64,000 nt of DNA from IMG/VR virus record IMGVR_UViG_3300042298_003052, positions 1 through 64,000 of that record; one strand, 5' to 3'. This document shows positions 58,101-64,000 of the stretch, piece by piece (position 1 is the stretch's first letter; every line of letters begins with the position of its first letter). The position numbers and the translations under genes are program-made. Under the pieces are notes generated by a model that did no database searches, was not told the origin of the DNA, and saw only the letters and a program-made list of their open reading frames with translations. Source of the stretch: a virus.

Positions 58101-61100
58101 ACCAGAAAACGATTCGCCAATCAACGCGATCGTTTGGTTCATTCCTGCAAATTTAACAAAAAATTTGGCTAGTTCTTGTACGAGGGTAGCACTTATTGTT
58201 ACCAACAAAGCGGTAAACACGACGCTAAGTGCTACAACATTTTCTCTTAGTATTTGAATACCTTTGGTTGCTATGTTAAGTCCGACAACTCGAATAGGGA
58301 TTGTGGTGTTACCATATCCTTGTTGGAATAACGTAATTTCATTATTTAATTTATTTATGGCCGTTTGGGCGCTTCGTGCGCTACCTGACACACCCATAGC
58401 GGTTTCAGCACTTAGTTGTTGTGCAAATTTAGGTAATAGATCTTCGGCCATAACTTCTCCGGCTTGCATCATTTTACCTAATTCTTGTGTAGTAACACCC
58501 ATAGCCCGCGCTGCTACAGATATAGACCCCGGTAAAGCTTCTGCTAATTGACCTCTTAGTTCTTCCGCAGAAACTACTGTCTTGTCCATCATCTGACTCA
58601 GTGCAGTGAAAGCTTGCTGTTGTTCCTCTGGAGTCATTTGATAAACTACAGCAGCTTGTGATATAGCTGAAAATATTTGACGAGTGCCTTCGCCTTCTAG
58701 TCGTGTACCTTGAGCACTAGCTCCTAATTGGGCGAAACCTTGCATACTTGATTTCAAGTCTCCTCCCAAACTTATAACTTTATTCCTTATCAAATCTATG
58801 TTTTTAGCCCCTTCGCTCGCTGATCCAGAGACAAAATTAATTGTCGTGGCCATGTTTTCGAGTTCTACAGCAGTTTGAAAAGCGGCTTCTTCAAATGAAA
58901 ACAATGTTCCTACGAGTGGTACTACAATATAATTGAAAAACAAAAACCCTTTGGTGATGCTCATCATAGCAGGAATATTTTGAGACAATCCCTCAAATAC
59001 TTCACCCAACGATCTACCTAATTTTGGTACAAACGTTGCCATGTTTTTCATAGATTCCATAGAATCCAACATGAATGCGTATGCAGGCCCTATAACAGGT
59101 ATTTCAGCTTCCGGGCGTTCTCCTGAAACACTGAATGGCATAAAAGATTCTTCTGGTGGTGTTTTTGCCCATTCTTTTATGTCATTTACGGTTTTTGTTT
59201 TAAGACTTTTTATACTTTCCCTAACATAGTTGATACCATCAGATATACCGTTAGATATACCTTCACTTATAAACCTACCTATCTTTATTGCCCATTCAGG
59301 AGGGCTTTTTATATCAAATGTGCTATGTGTTATATCTATAACAGCTTCTGCCATATTCATGGCGGCATTAGTCGCTTCTCTGCTACTATTATTTATGCCT
59401 ATTGCTATACCAGACCCTAACTCAGATCCTATATTTTTACTAGCGGGTAATATATTTTCTGTTTTCGTGTTGTTATAACGCTGATAAGATCTTATTATAT
59501 CCCGAGTATATTGATGAGAGAATCCATAGGCGTCTCTTTCTAGTTTATTGATGTAATGTGGATTTATATCAATACCTTGTTCTTTTGCAGATTTTTTTGC
59601 AAGTTCTACAGATCCTGCTATATTACGAGCATATTCGCGATCCGATTCTCTATTATATGACGGTGTTAAAAGAAGATTTCTTGAGTAAGGATCATTTATC
59701 TTTTGAAATCCAACTTGTGCGGCATGTCGTATCTCATGTACTATTGTATCCATTGCTTCAAACAAGGAAATTATATCTTCAGTTATATTAGAATATTTTT
59801 TGTTTACTGTTTCGTAAGCTAAATCTAACTCGTCGTTATAATCATTATAAATATCATCACTAGTGTTGTTATTTAAACGTTTATATACCTCTCTCACTTC
59901 ATCTTCAATAACTTTGAGACTAATAGGTATATCAAGACCTTTTATATCATGTAAGGATTCCAACGCCTCTTCGGTTTCATCATCCAAAAAGATTGTGTTG
60001 TATTCTGGTAAATAGGCTCCTCCTGCTCTAGTTCCTAATAATTGCATAGATGCATTTTTAGCTGTGGGCATCTCTTTTACTTCTACATCGGAAAGCGCTG
60101 CTATTTCTGTAACTAGTTCTTCAAACACTTTTCTTGCTTTAGGCGTAATGTCGTCTAAAGTATCTATAATTTCTCCTATATTTCTAGTTACTTCGTTAGA
60201 CATGTCTTCGTCAAATGAATCTTTTGTATTTCGATCAACGGACCATAACGGTTGTATTTTATTGTTTTTAACTTCTTCTGCTTTTACATCGATCGTGTTT
60301 GTATGTGTTTTTAACAAATAAGCTTGTTGATAAGATTGACTTTGACGTAAACGATCGAATCTCATAACAGGCCCAGAATTTCCGGGTTCTAAACCTTTTA
60401 TTGTCTCACCTAGTTCGTGTACTCGTGCGATAAGAGACGGGGTTATACCTTCTTCTAGATAACGAGTAAGTATTTCTCGTATCTCGTTAGATTCATCTAG
60501 ATAATGAGGACTGAAATGCCCTTTCACATTAGGTATAATAGCCTCTTTTTGTCCAGTAAATCTCTTTAACGGATCTCCTTCTCCAATTAAAGATATTACG
60601 TCTGATTTAATAGCTTGAAATGCTCCTAGTAAGGGAGTACCCATACTTAAAGCTTCTGAAATAATTCCTATATTTTTAAGTATTTCTTGGGCTTCTCTAA
60701 CTATAAAACCTCCAGCAGAATGTCCTACAAAACCTATTTCAACATCTGGACGTTCTTGTTTAACGGCATAGGCTTGTTTAGCAAGACGGAGAGCTTCTTC
60801 ATTAATACCCTTTCTAACAGCCTTCATGGGCATAATGATCGCATCCATTACGACCCTTGTCAAACCTACATCATTTAAGGTTCCAGAAACATCAAAGTTT
60901 TTATTCTCGAAAGGGATCGTGTGAGTCCCTTGAGGGATCATCGGTTTTAGTTTGTCTGTTATTTCGTTACTGATTCTACCTTTTGTGCCAGTAAAACCAG
61001 ATGATACAAATATAATCTTTTTAGCATCGGCAGGGATTTCATGAACGACAGGATGAATGTCAGAATCAGGAGGTTCAGTTAGAACTCGTCGAGCGTTAGA

Positions 61101-63998
61101 ACGTACATCTTCTTTGTACTTGGTGACAATAGTTTCATTGGGATAATTAACAATTCTTCCTACTGCCGTTCTTGCGCTCTGAACGGCTTCTGAAGTGTTC
61201 TCTAACTGACCGGCAAGAGTTAATGCCTCATTAATAGAATCTCTCAATATTGTCAACTCGTCTTTTATTACTGACATATCAAAGGCTTTTCTTAAATTGC
61301 CCTGATACATATCAGCCATCAAGTATAGATCTTCTGCAAGCTCTTTCAAAATTGAGCTTATGTTCAAAACTTTTTTAACTGCATCAGAATTTGATTTAAT
61401 ACCTTTAATCAAACCTGCTACAACCATTTTACCAAAATACTCAGTTACTTTGGAAGGACTTCTAGTTTGAAGACCCTTTGCCATCGGGTCAATAATTCCA
61501 GTCTCAACAAGACGGGTAGCCTCAGCTTTTAAAGCATTAAAACGATCGCTGAATCCGACAGGATATCCATCTATAGTTTCTTGACCTAAACTTCTAGTTA
61601 AATCAGGACGTTCTATTTCTCTAGTATTGATTTTCTCATTAGCTCTATTTTTGGCTTGAGTAGCCTGACCTTTAGCAGCTCGTGCTAAGTTTGTAAATGG
61701 TGTAGTAGCACGGTCCCCTAAAACTTTTTGTAAATCGTCTATAGCTTTCCAAGCTTCGTCCGCAGTTTTAATAATTTCAGCAGCAGCTATTTTTTGTTCT
61801 TCTCTAGAATATCGATTTTTTTTATTCTCCACTATACGACGAAGATCAGCAAAATCTTCACTGATCTTTTTAACCATTTTTTGGTAGTCAGGCGGCGGTT
61901 GAGCAGCAGTTAACTGACGAACTTGTTGTTGGGATAATGAAGGTAACTCAGCAAAGTTACTAAAATCTTGAATAATTTCAGCATCAATAATGTCAGCATC
62001 TTGAGATCGAATATCGTTTAGAAAACTAGCTAATTCTCTAAGTTTATTCTCTATCTTAACGATCTGAGATTTAAGATTTGCTAACTGATTAGGTGCTAAA
62101 GGTTTCATACGATCTTGTGGTGATATTGCGACGATCGCCTCATTAACCTCTGTTAATAATCTATTGACATATCCTTGATCATTACCAGTATCATCTCCGG
62201 CTAACAACTTTATTTTTTGAATGATCGATTCATCTGGTTCACTAGAAACTAGAGCCGTCTGTATACTAGTAATCATATCTTTGGCCGCACTTAATTTTTT
62301 ACGGGATCCTTCTATAAATTCATTGGCAGCAGGCTGTGCGCCAGATAGTAGTTTGCCAGCAGATTTAGTTAGTTGAGCAAGAGCTGTTGCGGCAGAGATA
62401 CTTTTTTGAGCTAATTCAGCAATTGCCGCCGCTCCATCTTCAATACCAAGTGCGGAAGCTCTAGCAATTTGTTCTGGACCAATATCAGATATCTTTTCGA
62501 TAATGGGAGCATTAGCATCAAGCGAATCAGGATCTCCAGGTACTCTACGCATTATTCTATTTACTGCCGCCACAAGACGTGTTTCTGCCGCGATGGCCAT
62601 CGCTTCACCTGTTGACTCAGCGATATTAGTAAGACCCTCGCCAACGCCTTGCAAGAAAGATATGGCCATTTCAGAACCAATTGCAACGGCTTCCTCCGTA
62701 GACACCGTTACAGATGATCTTACCTCTCTAAGATCCGGTAGAGGTGTAGGTGGAGGTGATATGAGATTAGCGACGTAAGATTGAGTACCTAGAGTTGCTT
62801 GAGATTGTCTTGTTTTACGCTGATTCCGTTCCGCGACACGCTGAGACGTTTCAGGATCTAATCTAAGATTAGGTTGTACCTGATTGTTTATAAAATCAAC
62901 TAGCGTTGATGATATCTTCGTAGGATCAGGTGCGCGATCGAATGTACGAAGACCACCCAGTTCACCACCCTCTTCATAACCTTGAGCGACTAAGGATTCT
63001 AAATCTAATCCTTCGATCAGTTCAAAACGTCCGAGTTCTTTAGCTATAACTCGTCTAATTCCTTCCCATGCTTTGCGAATACCTTCTTTACGATCTTCTT
63101 CAATCGCTTTGGCCCATTCTTCCAGAGCCTTTTCTTGTTCTTTTGCTGACAATTTTTCAAACTCAGGCATTTTATCGGGTTTGATTATACTACGTCCATA
63201 ATCGATAGGAACCACCTTTCCTTCGTCTGATACAAAAACATTACCTGGATGATAGTCTCCGTGGGTCACACCTTTTTCATGAAGTGCTCTCAACGATGCT
63301 CCAGCCTGTTTAGCATACGCTGATACGTCATCTTTTGTCATATCTTTATTAGCAAGGTAGTCTCGACCTTCTTGACCTGCTATTGCTCGTTGAATAATAA
63401 AATCATCGCCCGACGCAAGAACGTCTGGAGCGACACCTTTAGCAATTTCCATAGCCTGAGCCTCACTAGCCATGCTGACAGCATTTTTAGCTAGTTTGTA
63501 AACAGCATCTTTGTTAGCATTTATAAAAGCGATACCTTTTGCCCCCTGTCCTAATATATATGCCATATTAGGATCTATTTTAGCTGATGGCTTACCCATA
63601 TCCTCAAGGGTCTTATTCATACCGCTAAGACGTTCCATCCAAGGTTCTGTAGCAGGTTGAGTATATTTCTTGGTTTGCCACTTTGTTTTAGGTGCATCAG
63701 GATCTCTAGGTGTTGGTCCTCGCATCCCGGTGGGAGGACCAACACCCTCTTTATAAGCTTTATTAAATATATCTTGTATATTTATCCCTTCAAGCAAAGG
63801 CATTTTTCCTTCTTTTACTAGCTTTAAAAGAAGCTCCATTGTTTTTTCGGTTCCTTCAGGAACCTTTGCCAAAATTCGCATAAAAGCTTCTTCGATTCTT
63901 TCTGGTGCTCTTTCGGCATCAGCTTTTATTTGTTCTTTAGAAGCGTTTACCTTGGCAGCACCTAAATCGATAGTTTTCATGCTTCCATCTTCCATCAC
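52089..63998 (-). CDS. giant multi-domain tape measure protein (probably continues beyond the window)
   Basis: Tape-measure core ALSQM..K..VSAEEL.GQL.E.LPG; two SP(S/P)-G-rich TMP motifs; long coiled coil; F..GG tail motifs; embedded enzyme domains. Confidence 0.88.
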   Translation of the reverse strand: MMEDGSMKTIDLGAAKVNASKEQIKADAERAPERIEEAFMRILAKVPEGTEKTMELLLKLVKEGKMPLLEGINIQDIFNKAYKEGVGPPTGMRGPTPRDPDAPKTKWQTKKYTQPATEPWMERLSGMNKTLEDMGKPSAKIDPNMAYILGQGAKGIAFINANKDAVYKLAKNAVSMASEAQAMEIAKGVAPDVLASGDDFIIQRAIAGQEGRDYLANKDMTKDDVSAYAKQAGASLRALHEKGVTHGDYHPGNVFVSDEGKVVPIDYGRSIIKPDKMPEFEKLSAKEQEKALEEWAKAIEEDRKEGIRKAWEGIRRVIAKELGRFELIEGLDLESLVAQGYEEGGELGGLRTFDRAPDPTKISSTLVDFINNQVQPNLRLDPETSQRVAERNQRKTRQSQATLGTQSYVANLISPPPTPLPDLREVRSSVTVSTEEAVAIGSEMAISFLQGVGEGLTNIAESTGEAMAIAAETRLVAAVNRIMRRVPGDPDSLDANAPIIEKISDIGPEQIARASALGIEDGAAAIAELAQKSISAATALAQLTKSAGKLLSGAQPAANEFIEGSRKKLSAAKDMITSIQTALVSSEPDESIIQKIKLLAGDDTGNDQGYVNRLLTEVNEAIVAISPQDRMKPLAPNQLANLKSQIVKIENKLRELASFLNDIRSQDADIIDAEIIQDFSNFAELPSLSQQQVRQLTAAQPPPDYQKMVKKISEDFADLRRIVENKKNRYSREEQKIAAAEIIKTADEAWKAIDDLQKVLGDRATTPFTNLARAAKGQATQAKNRANEKINTREIERPDLTRSLGQETIDGYPVGFSDRFNALKAEATRLVETGIIDPMAKGLQTRSPSKVTEYFGKMVVAGLIKGIKSNSDAVKKVLNISSILKELAEDLYLMADMYQGNLRKAFDMSVIKDELTILRDSINEALTLAGQLENTSEAVQSARTAVGRIVNYPNETIVTKYKEDVRSNARRVLTEPPDSDIHPVVHEIPADAKKIIFVSSGFTGTKGRISNEITDKLKPMIPQGTHTIPFENKNFDVSGTLNDVGLTRVVMDAIIMPMKAVRKGINEEALRLAKQAYAVKQERPDVEIGFVGHSAGGFIVREAQEILKNIGIISEALSMGTPLLGAFQAIKSDVISLIGEGDPLKRFTGQKEAIIPNVKGHFSPHYLDESNEIREILTRYLEEGITPSLIARVHELGETIKGLEPGNSGPVMRFDRLRQSQSYQQAYLLKTHTNTIDVKAEEVKNNKIQPLWSVDRNTKDSFDEDMSNEVTRNIGEIIDTLDDITPKARKVFEELVTEIAALSDVEVKEMPTAKNASMQLLGTRAGGAYLPEYNTIFLDDETEEALESLHDIKGLDIPISLKVIEDEVREVYKRLNNNTSDDIYNDYNDELDLAYETVNKKYSNITEDIISLFEAMDTIVHEIRHAAQVGFQKINDPYSRNLLLTPSYNRESDREYARNIAGSVELAKKSAKEQGIDINPHYINKLERDAYGFSHQYTRDIIRSYQRYNNTKTENILPASKNIGSELGSGIAIGINNSSREATNAAMNMAEAVIDITHSTFDIKSPPEWAIKIGRFISEGISNGISDGINYVRESIKSLKTKTVNDIKEWAKTPPEESFMPFSVSGERPEAEIPVIGPAYAFMLDSMESMKNMATFVPKLGRSLGEVFEGLSQNIPAMMSITKGFLFFNYIVVPLVGTLFSFEEAAFQTAVELENMATTINFVSGSASEGAKNIDLIRNKVISLGGDLKSSMQGFAQLGASAQGTRLEGEGTRQIFSAISQAAVVYQMTPEEQQQAFTALSQMMDKTVVSAEELRGQLAEALPGSISVAARAMGVTTQELGKMMQAGEVMAEDLLPKFAQQLSAETAMGVSGSARSAQTAINKLNNEITLFQQGYGNTTIPIRVVGLNIATKGIQILRENVVALSVVFTALLVTISATLVQELAKFFVKFAGMNQTIALIGESFSGLFTRMKQELITFGKSFLTWFAVITVATDVFKIFSKGFGDASGGAKDLADSNKKAWEDYTKTLEDARQKTKEFNEQPSFKVFKESGGVTAIKELFTGGGLGGYVGDIIESVSNIDGSRESYGNVLKSVTGIKQIVDISNSAKKFFEAFKDGIGISSGLERLISGESLLEDTFFGGLIGDKASRIFERGTQSFIGNITDGNDIRDYTDPIGLALGGLKNIGLDLSRTWEDVKAEQADIAINDLQSYSGKIYEEARTTLYPGNKPGQQLQEIIDLDVRLQSAQQELQGTSREDVEKQRDLNEQINNLIAEREKLYIPVGKQLANLQLSEENIKSAIKLRKEELARLGDSEEDNIRRESLQGNIATLESDLKLTKSLIDKINSGIANTVTRLDLLARGFRLVNAEMENAYYNLEMRSAQKNALLMRSVAPGNSGLLEGTQNLVQQQMTSEKIAINRDSLQKLETIAYDPEYIKALENANLAMNATAADIQAAIDNIGEDSSLSKTLTNLVEVRQKFEQTGLETDQLVAELETTKRQLEEQLWQMGRQLEDMLIEVGQQTEEIAHSFKEFENDRKVANASNTITRTMGKLRTDHFSGMMNILERFINVIGEQLKSTSDFLKQKMDVMNQLFNTLRQNEQFALSIPQIDQGVIGSQGTNGRNVASPLMGQSIESLVSYKPTEGQSFRAGRTRNGRQEYHAGIDWDSKVGGGRGADVAAPFSGTARVIDIAEQKGDRGNAVQVRITTQDAKGIPIDLQFNHLELESVKKALGIGIGENTNVSMGQLVGEVIQHHLDMKVKVNGQFVDAQQWLAAMNAGGGVARNLQGVNVNINPISQPASRTAQSTPQQSGVEMFRNYAPVASRVASMGPGRIPMGGTVRTAERVQSDPAGAQAMIAAAQRLGLDPREFAALMSWESAGSFNPNIRGGDNNLYKGLIQFSPDNQRKYGTNTQQSIAQQMPAIERYLLDRGFRPGEHDIRHAYSAILAGQAGESYWNRKDSNQTTVRNAAPRFRQGDHRQRAEQFLRDSGIGMNELMSEKEQFERFMREGYALTEKKDYQSALINFRRAEELRPDNKYTTQAISNVTGYINRSRPTTTSSSATTLDVSSYTQSSNQLLSENQKYVNMLQQNANDQIKLIEQMKALADERFDAQIDSMFSEVNREGITAKRGTEDAKLQQERQDRDRKYQSIPEFRMTPEIQLEYDLDMASRDIEDRRIELQRQIEDAQNDIDAVTQLLETMPNQLIEAGAKEEDVRRIEEGFREIISQKQPLIDILRKNLADLTAMEGEALLKISEEYKMEEERRYMEFINQLTELTGENLRQQAELLRNDGEQALAEELEKQADAADIIQKEKEYQFGLKEQLNSGLDRDRYDQLLAESIKRQILALEILGYNIDRNTEQLRLNNSSFLLEQRAANVEALTPLLNRTGEAGNARDLSYEIEALKIQQDLESQIFDLYEGSKGLTEETRERSRLLIEETAQLKLQTLELEQALQVRADQIEQSRNPLVGPGGVTDLMGAQDAYLGAFGASPTEAMKQERLPFLLDMQRLDYQNAILELEKLKNAGKLTDEGFKAMSESLSKINDIKMDQIRQEASMLPDVIKNVRGPVQGLFSDLMKGTKTVGEAFNDFVNGLIDNLMNLAAEMLTNNLFAGIFGGAAGISSDTGNGIIEMLFGTSRSRSPEEDPNVLMQTPRYNPLLQGAMDYSSYLFPSTGEIRDPSLTEYGKSLFGASTEDVTLTTGAEQASASLRLGGEMVLSSLQLGAQAIQQAAVSIQTPNALGTISEGLFDLGGFDLTFENGAQSIQSAIEAGADRGGAQLGSVVMGVFSGSSSTAVSKGGFSIGGVFQSLLSTILGMFFKDGGVIKTDTGLGIENFAKGGVIGRSQSTLDKLASTEAIGQALKREGNPKARLAVVSPGEWVLNRQQQAIAKRYGVDENVLNFKNGGVVGGSFSTPAIKAPSGGSTSVTVPITINSDGNNPEKDNKAARDLSQKVRAAVFQVLTEQKRPNGLLY

Positions 63999-64000
63999 AA

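Noticed and set aside
52131-62778. Short plus-strand ORFs inside the tape-measure gene
   Set aside because: Antisense shadows without recognisable motifs.

Overview
This window is part of a large, lambda-like (long non-contractile tail) phage or phage-plasmid. Its host is most likely a HIP1-bearing cyanobacterium: GCGATCGC occurs at least 24 times after 8.5 kb. No capsid, portal, terminase or integrase gene lies in the window. Layout: (1) 1-7.6 kb, a GC-rich, HIP1-free cassette of fibre/decoration genes ending at an att-like junction; (2) 7.8-13.5 kb, an FHA protein and a leftward operon of membrane proteins and two peptidoglycan hydrolases, one gene carrying a helically phased GGAA array; (3) 13.5-14.9 kb, a divergent control region with three repeat systems: 31-bp palindromes, 23-bp iterons that recur inside a replication initiator gene 22.5 kb away, and a long inverted repeat; (4) a CopG-like gene, a primase-SF2 helicase and an SF2 helicase; (5) a scrambled tail-tip module with two gpM-like fusions, gpI, gpJ carrying a Hint domain, gpL and an inverted gpK; (6) RecD2, an SSB-like protein, an XRE regulator, the initiator, a RepB-primase/DnaB fusion and PolB; (7) methylases, a minimal class I RNR, a CYTH enzyme, ThyA, DHFR, a resolvase and an EAL c-di-GMP phosphodiesterase; (8) a tape-measure protein of at least 3969 aa containing kinase-like, lipase-like, zincin, M23-like and lytic-transglycosylase-like domains. 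All calls come from reading motifs by eye; no database searches were run.
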